A stretch of 64,000 nt of DNA, from the NCBI GenBank assembly GCA_051294905.1, contig CM119371.1, positions 34,474,001 through 34,538,000 of the forward strand, read 5' to 3'. A model generated the notes under the pieces. That model searched no databases. It was not told where the DNA came from and saw only the letters and a list, made by a program, of their open reading frames with translations. Positions 49,503 through 63,417 of this stretch are shown one piece after another; position 1 is the stretch's first letter, and each line of letters starts with the position of its first letter. Made by a program: the position numbers and the translations under genes. Source of the stretch: Botryllus schlosseri. Its lineage: Eukaryota.

Positions 49503-50416
49503 AACGGAACGCGACAAAACATTGAACCTAAAATTTATCAAGACTGGTCCTGATCGAAAGTTAGTGTCGCACTGATTCCGAATATAGACATTGAAATCAG
49601 GTCAGCACGTACCGGAGCCCATGAAATCACGGTTCCAAAAAATCGTAGCGTCGCACTGGGTGATTGTATGACGTTGCTCCGATACAACAACAATATGAAT
49701 TTCTGATTGTTATTTCGGGGGGGGGTCGGAGCCCTGACCAGATTTTAAGGTAATAATCACGGTTCCGAAAAATCGTAGCGTCGCACTAGGTCAGTGGTTC
49801 CCAAGTGGTGGGGAATAGATGCATTTGTTAAACATTATATACAGGACAGTCTACGTATTTACCAAGACACATGCGCAATTACCGTTACCAGTTAACTGCT
49901 TAGGAATGTATGTATCGAAAATTTGATATTGCGTGTTTTTCACAAACGCTCATTCAATTCTGGATAACCAATTATGGCGTCACAAACGCCTCCAGCACGA
50001 CCAGAATGACGTGAAATAACGCTTTCCCTAAATTTTGAAAGTTGCCGGTATCGGTTCACAATACGTTTCAGGTTTTATGTTGCAGTTATAGGCCATTGTC
50101 TTGCGTACTGGTCTGGTTGTGTGTGTTGTGTGCTCCGTAATGACAAAAGTTTTGGGTAGTGTGGAATGAAGGAATGGAATATATCTGAAGTGGGGAATGA
50201 AAGCAAAGAGGTTGGGAACCACTGCACTAGGTCATTGTATGACGTTGCTCCAATACGGATTTCAGACATCTTTTCGTGATTTCTGGAGGGCTTGGTGCCC
50301 TGACCAGATTCGAAGTTATATTTTTGGGATCACTGCAACAGGAGCTCGGCTTGCCAGCTATGGGATCACCAGATCTGCTGCTATTGCCCTACGCAGCAGT
50401 AAACACTACTGCGTAT

Positions 50417-51730
50417 CAGTGTTGGGATGACTCGAGTCATGACTTGACTCGAGTCACCTTTTTCGTATGACTTGACTTGACTCGAGTCACTCTGCAAAAA
50501 TGACTTGACTTGACTTGACTCGACGCTTCAAAAATGCAGATTGACTCGTGACTCGAAGCAAAATTTACGAGTCAATTTCAAGTCATCAAGTAATCGATGT
50601 CAACTAAATCGCCGTATCTTGTATAAGTTCGGATTGTTAACCGATCACTCAATGATTGTGCGTTTTACCGAGCCTTCATTATTACATCACTAATGAATTG
50701 ATCGTTAACGCAGTGATCGGAGCTTATAGCTTACATTGTCGTAATGTTGCTCACCTCAACCAACCCTCTTGCGTGCTTTAAAACGAGCGAATATTATCCA
50801 TACGTTTATAGTTGTATATCATGGATATATATGTGGGTAAGGTATTGCTCCATATCATTTCATTGAACCTTCTGATGCTTCATATGCTATCCTATATTTT
50901 GGCTGAAAATTATAGATCGGGGAAGGGCAAAGCTGCTTCACGGGCGAGCCGTATATCACAAATCGTTGCCTTAAAAGAGTTACAACACAAAAATTGATAC
51001 ATAGGCTTACTACTATATTTCGTCACCAGGAAATCTAGGGTATCGATTGAAGTTTATTATTGTGTGGTATCAGACGATGCGTCTCCACCTAGGCTGCAAG
51101 GTGTTTGAAATTGGACTGATATGACGTCAAACAGGGTGGAGCTTGGTAATCATGATACTTCGTAAACATGCCTCTTTTGGATAACGCATGGAAATTTAGG
51201 TTTTGATGTTTGGTTTCGTAATGACGTTTCAATTCTAGCTGTGTGATTATTGCGCGAATCTTGACGGAAAAGGCATTGTGGGTTACGTTCATTATCACCG
51301 AATGCACATTGAGCAAAGATTCAAAGAGCATGCAGCAGGCGGCTCGCGAGTCGCAGTTTTCCCTCCCGTGTTATAGACTGAGGCTATACCGCTATACTTG
51401 CGCAGTTTGACAGTTCTACGTATGCATGAGCGATAGAGCGCCTTCTTGCGTGTGTAATCAACTCTTTATTCGTTCCTCAATTCAGAATAAATGGGGACTC
51501 CATTCATATTTAAAACAGTTAGCAAAATGCAATGACTTTGAATCACGTATCGTACTTTGAAAATTCAACTTGACTCGTGACTTGACTTGACTCGAGTCAC
51601 CTCCAAAACTCGGGTGACTTGACTTGACTCGAGTCACCTTTGAAAATCGAGTGACTTGACTTGACTCGAGTCAAAATCTGCAATGACTCGAGATGACTCG
51701 TGACTCGAAGGTAGTGACTTGATCCCAACA
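50417..51730. mobile_element. hAT-like element, GACTT/GACTCGAGTC family B
   Basis: CAGTGTTGGGAT...ATCCCAACA; flanks CTGCGTAT / TGCGTAT. Confidence 0.82.
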
Positions 51731-51859
51731 TGCGTATTCAAGTATGACCACTAGAGTTCCGTTTCTAGCCGTAGGTTAGTTATCTATACTTTGATCGCCT
51801 GTGGAAACGTGGCATGAGAACGTCAGCTTTGGTCGTAGGTGCCCCGTTGAATTTTCCAT

Positions 51860-51952
51860 ATCACCGTTTGTAAAGCTTCAAGGACCACGGTCAGGATGTT
51901 TGCATCGCAGCTGCACCGTTGCAAGTATGGAAAAAAGAAGACCACTCAGTTA
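51860..51952 (+). pseudogene. Duplicated, inactivated terminal exon of SUDS3
   Basis: Translates ITVCKASRTTVRMFASQLHRCKYGKKKTTQL versus ITVRKPSGTTVRIFVSQLHRGKYGIKKSAQ* at 44859; acceptor TTTTCCAG changed to TTTTCCAT. Confidence 0.88.
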
Positions 51953-52704
51953 ATTTATTGCAGCAGTATCGGTTGCTGAATCGTTTGAAAGCTCGCAGTG
52001 ACAACTGCCGACACTGGGTCGTGTTTATAGCCTGGGATTAAAACGAATTGGACTGTATTTTAATCGACGTTATGCTCAACGAAGGTTTGCGCTCGTATGT
52101 CGAATATTCCTATCCGAGCATATCTGTGGCGGGCTTGTTGAATCCCGTTGTCCGTGGCTATATCTATGTATAAGTAGATGGCTCGGTTTGGCTGCGCACA
52201 ACGATTCGAGAGGGAGAGATGAATATATGCTGCAATTATATGTTACTTGCCACTACCTATTAATTTATTAACAAAGACTTGTAGAACTGGCATACATATT
52301 CGCTGCAGTCGCTTGAAAGTGTTATCAAGAACATGGCGAAGGTTATCGAACTTCGCACACTTTACAGTTGTGACGTCTTAGCGAGTGATACTCGATTCAG
52401 ATTCAAATCACTCGGGTACTCGATTTCGCCGAAAATCGATTAATCGCATCTACACCATATCTGCAATAAACTTGTGATCTGCGATTCTACTTTGACTCCC
52501 TTTCTGTTGCCTGCAGATTCGGTTAAGCTTGCTAGCCAACCAGCTTACCACCGTGAATTTTATGAAATGTCCATTTTTTTATAAAAAGATTATATTTGTG
52601 CAGTAGCTTTTTCGGTGGTGTTCGAGGCTCGTTCGTGTGGGCAGCGATGGCAGTTTACGTTTACATGATCAAATGCAATCGGTTTAATTCGATCTCAACA
52701 GCTA

Positions 52705-55155
52705 TTGCAATCAATCAGGTTTCTTAATATTTTCATCGTTTCAAAACATCACAAGACTGCGATACAATGAAAAGATAGGAAGGTGTCGAAACAACTTGGA
52801 GTAGCCTTTAATATCAGACACCCACCTTAGCCTAGGCGAAGTAAAGAAGAGGCATGCGCACTGAATGCAAAGTAATGCAGAGAATATAAGACGCAAGCGA
52901 CAAAATGAGGTGGCATGTGGCGGAGGGCGAGGTCGGTGTTAGGTCGTGGTCCGGTAATCGTGAAGACTGGCTAGTATTCATTTAGAAGAAATTGCTTGTA
53001 TTTCGACTTGAATGTGGACATGCTCGACGACTGTCGGATAGCCGGCGAGATGCTGTTCCACAATTGGGGTCCGGCATACTTGATAGAGCAATGCGTTTTC
53101 TTGTATTCAGTCCTGATCATCTGGTAGTTTTTCTTCGTTGACGCGCGTGTGGTGTACTTGTGCGCTTTTGTCTCCGAGGTGAAGTAGTCGTTGAAATTTG
53201 AGGGACATTGACCGCAATGGAACTGATACATAAACATTGCAATTTCTAGCTTCCTCATATCTTCTAAGTTTAAAACACCAAATCTTTTGAGAAGCGATTT
53301 ATCAGTTGCACATCCAGGCCCCCATGGGGCTTTGGCAATGATACAGATGATCCGATGTTGACGTTTTTGCAGAGGGTCAATTGTATTCTTGAAGGCGGCA
53401 CCCCAACAAAGAATTCCGTATTGTAACTTTGATAGGAATAGAGCAGCGGTTCTCAACCGGGGGTCCGCGGAGCAATTTCAGGGGGTCCGCGAGACCTCTA
53501 AATTTTTAAAATGATTGATAACCTCATTTCTATTTTATTTTTTAATTTGAGAAAGCATGAGGCAGTTTCGCACCACAACTGCTAAAACCTCGTGACTCAT
53601 ATCATCATCATAATCGTCTGACATGAACTATCGTAGTGTGGAAATTCATTTCCATTGCCAATTTTCCAATAGCCTGCTGATACAAACAAATTACTGTTTA
53701 GAGACGTTTTGTTGGGGTTTGTGGAAAAAATTAAAATATGGAGATAGTAACGTCAATCAGGGTGACTTTGTAATGTCTGCAAAACCTTCTCATCAATATG
53801 AAGTTGTCAGTCTCATCACATTAGTGAACAGTCGTTTGAAATAAATAATTTGCGAAGTATTTCCCGAATTTGTCCCAATGCAGCGATTGAAACCTCGCCA
53901 CGAAATCCATTTTATCCTGTGATATACGTAACCACTATTTGAAGAGCTTCTTGGAGGTACAGAACTTCAGTATACAATTGAATTGTATATTCATATTGAA
54001 ATGAACCCGAATATTTACGGCTGGCACTCGTCATAAATCGGACAATGATATACCCACTCTTAAAGCTCGGCTATCAGATTTGGCGTAATCCTATTGCGGA
54101 TGCCCTATCGACAACGCTGTTTTTTTGATGAACAAGGAGTGTTTTGTTGCTGTTGAAGCATTACACTCCAACCCTGAAATTCATATCACCAGTTATATTG
54201 GTATGCAGCCTTGTCTTGTTAATGTTCAATTGTTCATGGTCGAAAATGTTTGCTCGTAAATATATGTGTAAACCCAAACAGAGCAATTCGTTTCATGACA
54301 TTCTCTCTGAGGTTGGAAAACTTGGATCCATTCTTTGGCGCATAAATTTTGTCTATAATTTTAGATTAGGATTTCACTTTGACGGTATAGAAACTCTCTG
54401 CGGGCCGATCAAAATGCCGTCACGGGCCGAATCCGCCCCGCGGTGCATATGTTGCCCGTCCTTGCGCTAGATGCTGGGCGTGATATGTTCATAAAAGATA
54501 TGTTTCTTCATTTTGGTGCCATAAATGTTGCGATCACACCAAAAGTATCGTCGGAAGCGTTATGCGGGGGGCAGACTAGATGACCTCATGGGGCCGTATC
54601 GCAACTCCGTCGCCAAAGCATCTCGATGGTGCAGGCGAAAAAGAATATCATATCTCTCTCTCTCTGCGTTAATATTGCATTAGCCTCCATCTATCTTTGC
54701 GAAAATGGTTTTCGGCACATATCTCGTTCATATCAAAACGAAGACGCGGATTTTCAAGACACGACCACGTACTTCAAGAAATACAGCAGCGAAATTAGCT
54801 TTGAAATAATAAAGTCTACCAATTTCTACATAAATAGTATGCTGTTATTTTCAAGAAAAATCAAAATTTTGCTGTTTATCAAAAGCCTACAGTTCATAAT
54901 TGCGCAAGACAGATGAAGGTTGGACCATAATAGAGCTAAAATTGAACTAAAACTTGAGGGGGTCCGCGAGGGTCCGTGACGGTCAAAAGGGGTCCGCGAA
55001 GCTAAAAAGGTTGAGAACCACTGGAATAGAGTGTTGAAGAGTATCAACAGCACGCTGACTGGCAGAGTGTAGCTAAGGCGGCGAAATAGACCACATACCT
55101 TCGACTTCGATAGTTGTGGTTTGAGTATTTGTATGTGACTCTTCCAGGACATGTG
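52705..55155 (-). mobile_element. Second, diverged 5'-truncated L2-like LINE, split by a hAT insertion
   Basis: Peptides MSWKSHIQ...VLLILFNTLF (55152-55024) and LSKLQYGILCWG...FKSKYKQFLLNEY (53435-52971) join when 53444-55023 and one TSD copy are removed; 3' UTR like 19340-19600. Confidence 0.88.
53444..55023. mobile_element. Charlie-like hAT element inserted in the LINE
   Basis: TIR CAGCGGTTCTCAACC...GGTTGAGAACCACTG; perfect TSD GAATAGAG. Confidence 0.92.
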
Positions 55156-57092
55156 ACATTATTTTAAATAAGAATGTAGGAAGGAGTCGAAACGACTTGT
55201 CGTTGTCATGGTGTTTTACTCAGACGACTACATTGACCTGGAACATGTTATCAAGATGCACAGTGCACACTTCCTTCCACGTCAGATGAAATGGACAATG
55301 GATAAAATGAAGTGGAGTCTGTAGGTGCGCGAAATTGGTTTGTCAGATCGGGGGCCCGGTAAATCTCGAGCAATGACTTATATATTGTTCCATCGGCGGC
55401 TCTATTATTTGTCTGCTAAAGACCTGTGGTTCTTGGGCCAAGCCTGGGGTGTGAATTTACGTTGTGCTGAAACCTGTAGGGTGTTCCTCCCATCCCACAA
55501 CGCCAGTAATCGGTATATTATCAGATTCTAAGTCACGGGTCACCAAAACGCGGCCCGCGGCCAGATTTTTAATTTCGTAAGAACGCTCTATAAACGACTT
55601 TGGGCTCCCCAAAAGACCATGCTAGCTTTACGAGGAGAGAGTTTTCCAGAAAGTACCATGTCTAGCTAACCCCAATATCGATTCTTTAGTCCATGGGTGG
55701 CCACTGGCCATTGGGTTTGAAATTGAAGTAGTAGTTCAAGTGAGGTAGTATATAGGCCTACAGTAGGAAGTGTCAAGGGCTACTGGGGTTTGTGCAGTAA
55801 TTTATGTGTGTGGTTGGGGGGGGGTGAGCTCGAAGGGGCCCAAAATTATTTCGTGAATTAGCATAAATTATAGAGTATTTTTTGAAAATTTATGCAACTT
55901 TTTCAAAAAATTTTCGTGTTGGTCGCGATTTCAAGATGCCAAATATATTGATATTTGCGTACTCTTCTCCCATGAAAAGATACGCAAGATTTATAGAAAT
56001 GGGCATATCCGCGTTGGCCATTACCGCCCCACGATTCAGCAAGACATATAAAGTGTGGCCGTTCCGTCTTTTGTTCCTCTAATAAGCTATCTACCTCACA
56101 GAAGATGATGCCACTGTCTTTCAGGTTCGAGACTGAAATGAGAGGTTCCACCGAATTCGAACTCACAGTATGTATTGCTCAAAAGCAGCAGTCAAGTACA
56201 AAAGCCAGCGCAGCAGAATACGAATAATATTAGTTCACCTTTTTGCCGCCGGCGTGCTCTCCTAACCGGAGATCACCCATCCTCCGGATCCGTGCGGCTA
56301 CAAAAGTTTTAGGCCATGTAGCATGCGACTCCAAGAAGTGTGCCAGAACGATCCGCAACGAGAAAACCTTTGCTGAAAAGGACTGCCCTTATGCTGACCG
56401 AAAACTTCGTTAGGTTCAATTGTCCATAGGCGCCTAAATGACTGGCGCCGAATGTTCCTGTCTTGGCAATCCGAACGTCACAAGACAAATACTATCCCGC
56501 AGGGAAAATTATATGCCAGTTCAGTTCCTGTCAACGAGTATAGGCTACGCCCGAAGATTGAGGGGTCCTACATTTTCAACCTCACTCAGCTCTACCTGTG
56601 AATCTATGAATACGTGAACAGAGAGAGGATAAAAATTGATATCAATATAATTATATGCATTTCCCGATCATGTTGACCGATTCAATCATTAATTATAGAA
56701 TTTTTTCGCACTTCGCGCGTTTAGGCGAGAAAAGCCGACTCAGTAAGCGGCCTCCACTGTAGATGATAGGTAGCGGTAAACAGCGTATAGCCTGAGGGGG
56801 TCTGGGCGACTAAGTTCGGTTTATCATCATATGGGGGACCAAAGACCAACTTTTTTCTGAGGGGGGACTGAAAAAGTGCTGTTACGGCCCTGTGTGCCAA
56901 TGTGTATGTTGTTTTGCGGTACCATGTCGTTATATGAATATTCGTGTATTATAAGCAATGCGGATTTGTGTTACCAGTGTGTGCGACCACGGAAAGGCGA
57001 GGTCTCGAGCCCACGAACACGACTAAGTTCCTGTTGGGTTTTCGCATGCCGTATCAGGGAAGTAATTACAGCCCACAGACCACGGTGCCCAG

Positions 57093-60000
57093 CAGAGTTG
57101 GATCAATTACATTATTTCAGTTCAATTACAATTACAATTACAATTACAATTACTTTCATGGATGTTTCAATTACATTACAATTACAATTACTCCATGCTA
57201 AAAATATCAAATTACAATTACAATTACAATTACTCCTTGCATGCTTCAATTACATTACAATTACAATTACAATTGCTGTTGTTGAACTTGCAATTGAATA
57301 ATCATAAATTCAACCGTGCTCCTTGACAACCGTAGCGTCGTAATTAATAACAATTCAAGTCTAGTTCAGATTGTGTAGTAATAAATGCGTTTATGTGCGT
57401 ACATAGTATGCTATGTAAGATGTCATTGTGACGTAATATAAGCGTGTTTTGTATGCTCGGTAATTATGGCTCACGTAATTGGAAATGTAAAATGTTATTT
57501 ACCTAATTTCCTATGGGTTAGGATTAAGGATAGGGTGCAGTATGTCGTTGAAAAAAGTATTATAATGCACGTGTTGGATTTGCGTATATAGTATATCATT
57601 ACAGAAATAATATTATTTTAATCGAGGGACGTAGGAATTAGGATGAGGAGTAAAAACAAAACCGTGCTTTGTCAGATAGGACGTTATATAATATCCAGTG
57701 GTCTGGTTAGTTAGCCAGACGAAGTAACGATGCAGCATCGTGATCTGAAATCGTATTGTAGATTGCCAACCCACGGATAGATGAGCATTGCGCAAGATGT
57801 GAGTCACGGATGAATGCACCGACAAACGTACTGCAGAGCCGGCTAAAAGCAGCAAACTTTGTAGTCCTACAGCTGGCGATCCAAGCGTCCAAATTTGGTG
57901 CATCGGGTCTTTATTGTAAGCTATTGATGCACTAATTCCGAAAATACAAATTAATATCTCGTCAGGACAATGTAACTGCTCCAAAATAGCCGTTTAAGGC
58001 CGACTGTTCTGAAAAGTGAGAGCGCCGCAGCAGCATGACCACAACAATGACCAAGTACGCCCAGCGATTGTTCAGAACAATGCCGATTCCCAGACTTTCA
58101 CGACTATTTTGGGATGGTACCATTGCCTGGAAATATACTTTTATTGCGGAATCAGTGTGACACAATGACATATATACAATGATTGGAAACTGCCACGCCC
58201 CTTAACGCTATAAGATAGATTCCCGGCGAAATCAGTCCGTCGCGGGATATGCTTGAGTAGAGGTACGGAATTGCGTATGTCGACTGTGGGGGAGTGCTGC
58301 AATCGACCTTTCTGGCGTACTAATTCACTGATTTTCCCCAATTGGTTTAGTTTTTGTTGGATTCTTGAGCATAGTGAGGCAGTGCTGCATACTAGGATCT
58401 AATATAACTTTTAACAATGCACATTTATCAAAGTACCGACTAGCTGTGAGGCATTTTAGCATCGGTTGCAACCATGCATGTACGACACAGCCAAAAAATT
58501 AATAGATACTGTGGGTGAACGTCAATATAGATGCGCAGAACCTAGACGGATTGTTAAAAGAGGATTTTAAAATATTCTGGCAGCATTTATGTCACCTGAT
58601 TTTATAAAAGAGAAGGGTTGATTACGATAATTGTGTGAGCAACTAAGTTGTTTTATATAGTATAGATTGTAATATTGTAGGGCCGAGTTCACTGGAAACC
58701 ATAGTATCAGTATAGCGATTGTACCTTCATAATATAATATAAAATCGGAACTAACCGGAAACTAACATTGTACTGATTGGTAAAATGGTAACAGATATAA
58801 CTTTTTACCGGGTCAGGCCGTTGAATCCACATTCCACATCAATGATGAGAATCGGCATTGTTCCAAACAATATTCCATCGGCAAAACAATGCACTAGAAT
58901 GGCATTGAGGATATTCACTCCATAGTTGGTATTGTGCACATCGACCTGGCGTGATATGTCGTACTACTCTCAATAGTTGAATCTTTCACACCGGGGTGTC
59001 CGAAAGCGTCTACCAATGCCCATTTATTCAAAATATACCTGGTAAACGTTTTGGCACTTCTTTGATATGAACTACCCGTTGTGAAGTGTTCCCCATGAAT
59101 TGCCTGTAAACCTTGAAAATTAACATGGGGTACTCGTAAAGATTGATAGCTGGAAGGATTGTACAAAATAGATGAGTTATGCATTTGCGAGCAACATTCT
59201 ATGGTGTCTTATTCATTCAAAGGTTAGGAAATGATTTTGTAACCTTCGTCATTGTATAGTGTGTACGTCCGTGGTTTTTTATGTATAACCTTCATAACTT
59301 TTCGCCATTTGCATCACGCTTTATGACCTGAGCATGAGCATCAACTTGCATTGTATGTGCCGCTACCCAGGTTATTTTTCCAGCAATGTAACTCCACAAT
59401 CATCCAATGCAAAATCTCTCTCTTGAATATGCACATTGCTCATATATATTGCATTTGCGGCAGTACGGAAAATACTTGACGGATTGAATTAATAACTTGA
59501 TTTCAATTGTAGTTGACTGGCAAAACTGTGACATAACAAATTCCCATTCTGTAAATGTCTAATGCATAAATTTTTTACAGGATCGTTCACATTTTTTATA
59601 AATTATAGTCCATTCTAACTTTCAAGAAAAGATTGTTCGTGTATTGAAACAGCCGCGAGGAAATTGAAAAGGATTCAGCGATCTTAATAAAAGTGCAAAT
59701 CATTATCTTATGGGATTTCGGCACGCCAGGCCGTCCATGAGAAGCAACCATGTCATGTTCCACTTTGCTTCAGACATTGAGATATTTCCAAAGATTGTAG
59801 TCAAAATGAATAATACTTTGACGAATGGTGCCGGATTGGATTGATACTCATTGGATCGATTGATGTAGAGAAAAATAGTCTTGCTGAAAGACTATACATA
59901 TTATTCGAGTACGAGAGGTGAAGAGATGGAAACTGCAAATCTACAATGCAACCTGTGGATAATTTCGTGTGCCTTGTGAATATGACAACCAAGTTCAGCT

Positions 60001-62648
60001 ACAACTGCCATTTAAAGCCATATTGCATTCCAGATAATATTGCTTCACATGTACTAGCTGGAAAAAGATATGCCGCTACTGCAAAACTGGAGATATTCTT
60101 ATGCCGCAGAAACAGCAACAAAATTCGTGAGCAGGGAAGCTTATCAAAGAGACAAGAAAACAACAACAATGCCAATCCATCGAGCAGACTACCTCATTAT
60201 CACCAAGAGATTGAGTCTTGATCCGTTATTGGAATCATTTTTATCTAGATCAGGAAATCTGGCCGCACCTGCGATATGGTAATTTTCAAAGAATAATTGA
60301 TTTCTAACGAGGCTTGAAACATACTAGTGTTCAAATGCCATGGTACTTGATGCTTGAATGCCCTCCGATGTTCAACGTCATGTGAGATCGCTGCTCTACC
60401 ATCCAACTGCTGTCCTGTTATTGTCATTAAGAGAGGATAAGAAAGCTCGAAAATATAACATTTGAGAATATATATTTTTGTTACGTGACAAGAAACATTG
60501 ACGTTATCAACTACTAGGCACAGTTATTCGATTGTTCATAATAGCACAGCACAGTTTCATAAATTACAACAAAAATAGATGCAGACAGTACATTTATCGA
60601 ACGGCTTAAACATAGGTATATCTGATATTGTAATTTGCATAAACATGAAAATCCCTTTTTGCTACATATTCACTTGACTTAAATGCTTTCCGTTGACTAG
60701 GATTTTGGTTCTTGTTATTCTGAATTTAGATGACAACAAGTCTGACATGATAACAAAAGTTGTTTATGCAGTTTTCAAGTGTGATAGTAAATGAAATATC
60801 CATACCCTGTATAAAATTCTCAATGATATTATGGTGTTGGTATCCTCATTGAAATTTAGACACGACTAGTATCAGAGCATTTAGGAGTCCATGAAGAGGT
60901 GAGGTGTTTAAGCTGTTCAAAATCCTGCTTCTGTAATACCCATGCGATGACACATTGTTATGATGCTCGGATTCACTCAACTTCTTCCATGATCACCTCG
61001 ACCATTCAGGGAATAGATGGTGATGTGTAAGTTCGGAGATTTGTTGAGTGAAGGGGATTGTTGGATAGTCTCTATTCCGTCCCATTCTTCGAAGTCACCA
61101 TCTTGCAAGTCAACTATGATTGTAAGAGTTGACAAACTGGACTGGACATGGACAACATTACAATTTAATGACTATACAAGGTATATGCTGTGAACAATCA
61201 TTTATAGATCATTGGCTGCGCACAAGTCTATCAAACCTGACATGGACAGTGGCAGGAACTTTCTACCTATTGTGGGTCACTCTTGCGCACACATACACTT
61301 ATAAGATATACCATAATATCATGGTAAATTGTACTCATGAAGTACCGTAGTTTGAAAAAGGTTTTGCAGACGTTTCTTAGTCAATTGGATATTGAAATCT
61401 ACTTGTTGAAGCAGAAAATGAACGGTCTGAAAAGTACTCGAGTAGTATGAAGAAATGAGTTGGACTTTACTTTGTATACATCTGTTAGTCAATTGTATAC
61501 TGTATCTACAAGCTGCTGACGATTACTCCTGATATGTATCAAACAAAAATATTTTTATTTTTATTCAATTGTATATATGAGCATTCGGATCACAAGATGA
61601 ATCTCCGTAACAAAGGAATAATGACTATTATTACTTCAAAACCGTGATGCTTTTTGCGATATCCTCAAGTAGATTTTGCCTACTTTCACAACTTCAGAAG
61701 GCCTGACTTCAGAGTCAGTTTTAGAACCTACCTGATTTGACTTGAAAAAATTAGAAATGACTTCGTGACTTGATTAAAAATTTGCAATGACTTGAAGATA
61801 GTGACCTGATCCCAACTCTAGCTCGTACTATGAAGTATCCATCTTTATTTGATACAGCGAGACCACCTCTGATCACAATTTTCATCACGTAGGCACACTG
61901 GTACATCAGTTTCGTCTGAATATTAAGCCATGCTACTGGTATTGGCCAAAACCTGTACAGTATGCACACATTTCACGTGCAAAAGAGGTCTCGATAAAAA
62001 ACTTTTCACTACGTTAACGCCAGTTCCTGAAGAAAGATTGCTGGCGAACCGTTTGTTTACATCGATTTCATACCTGTAGTGAAGCATGACTCGCGACGCG
62101 CTCAAACGCAGAGCTCATTGGAGTTTCCAATCATTGTATATATATCATTGGTGTGACACTAGCTTTCGATTAGGACCATACATATCAAATTTCGACGCTT
62201 GGATCGCCAGCTATGGGACTATCAATTCTGCTGCTTTTAGCCGGCTCAGCAGTTCGCTTCTCGGCGTATTCAATCGTGAGTCACGTGTTGCGAATCCATC
62301 CGTTGATTAGTAATCTAATAATTGTATACAATGGCAGCCGAGGCCAGCATAGCGGTAAAAATAAAAGACTTCGCCCGCAAGGGCGCAGTCAAGGGCTTCC
62401 GCGAATGGATCCACCAAATTCCTTGTCGACAGAGAATGCATTATAAGTCAATTATTTTATGATGTGCTTGTCAGGTCTCAATAGCAATTTAATGTAATTG
62501 AAATTGCAATTGAGCAAAATTTTTGTCAAATTACAATTACAATTACAATTACACAAAATAAAAATGCTTCAATTACAATTACATTACAATTACATTGAAA
62601 AATGTAATTAATTACATTACATTACAATTTACAATTGATCCAACACTG
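57093..62648. mobile_element. CAATTA-repeat hAT-like element expanded by a nested 4.6-kb insertion
   Basis: TIR CAGAGTTGGATCAATT...AATTGATCCAACACTG; perfect TSD GTGCCCAG. Confidence 0.9.
57757..62320 (-). mobile_element. Decayed long-TIR DNA transposon (TATAG family, 7-bp TSD) with MULE-like transposase remnants
   Basis: Diverged inverted arms (57757-57910 and 58155-58190 versus 62115-62320); TSD ATCGTAT/ATTGTAT; minus-strand stop-ridden peptides resembling the MULE domain (~60200-59900), TNN..ES (~59645-59615) and CSC...CK (~59345-59305). Confidence 0.65.
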
Positions 62649-62772
62649 GTGCCCAGTGTCCATTCCCTGGAGTACGTTGAAGGACGCATTTTCTTGCCTC
62701 GTCGCAATCGCACGCAAAAAGCGTTGAAGTGGAAGTAGGCCATAGATCACTTGCCTGGTATGTAGTATGTAG

Positions 62773-63199
62773 CAGAGATGAGCGGATTTGAAATTTCGAT
62801 GTCCTAATCCAATCCAAATCCGAACGTTCAAATCCAAATCCAAATCCTAATCCATAACTTTTTCATATTCAAGTCCATGTCCAATCCTAATCCGACTCCA
62901 ACTGGAATTTCAGAAAAAATACTAATTTATGCAATGGAGGGATTCGAAAATTTTCTTTAACAACCAATGATTCACTTGATTCAAGATAACTTAGTAACCA
63001 TAAGTACATTAAGAACTGATCTGAATAAAGTTTGTCGCCATTCGCCACACGACATTTCGATCTCCCAGAAAATAGGTGAATCCAATCCAAATCCTAATCC
63101 GTTCTGAAAAAAATGTCTAATCCAAATCCAATCCAAATCCGACAAAATTTCACAAATCCTGTTTTTTCAAAACCTAATCCTAATCCATGCTCATCTCTG
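62773..63199. mobile_element. hAT-like MITE with AATCC(A/T) repeats, second copy
   Basis: Same TIRs as 45812-46226 but a different perfect TSD, GTATGTAG. Confidence 0.92.
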
Positions 63200-63387
63200 G
63201 TATGTAGTCACATAGTCGAAGAGCAAAAACACTTGAGGAAGAATGAGTACAGTATTTCGAGTTATAAGCGGTCCGCCGCTGTCACTGTTGGATTTTGTGA
63301 TAGTCAGCATGGACCTGAGTTCCGCCATCTAGCAATACGAGTTATAACTGTACCGCCGTTTGAAACGGATGGCATGGATGTGCTAAT

Positions 63388-63417
63388 GCACATGCACATG
63401 CACATGCACATGCACAT
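63388..63417. repeat. (GCACAT)n hexamer microsatellite
   Basis: Five tandem GCACAT units. Confidence 0.8.

Noticed and set aside
56876..57301. 141-aa ORF with ITITIT / LQLQLQ
   Set aside because: Translation of the (CAATTA)n array of a MITE end.
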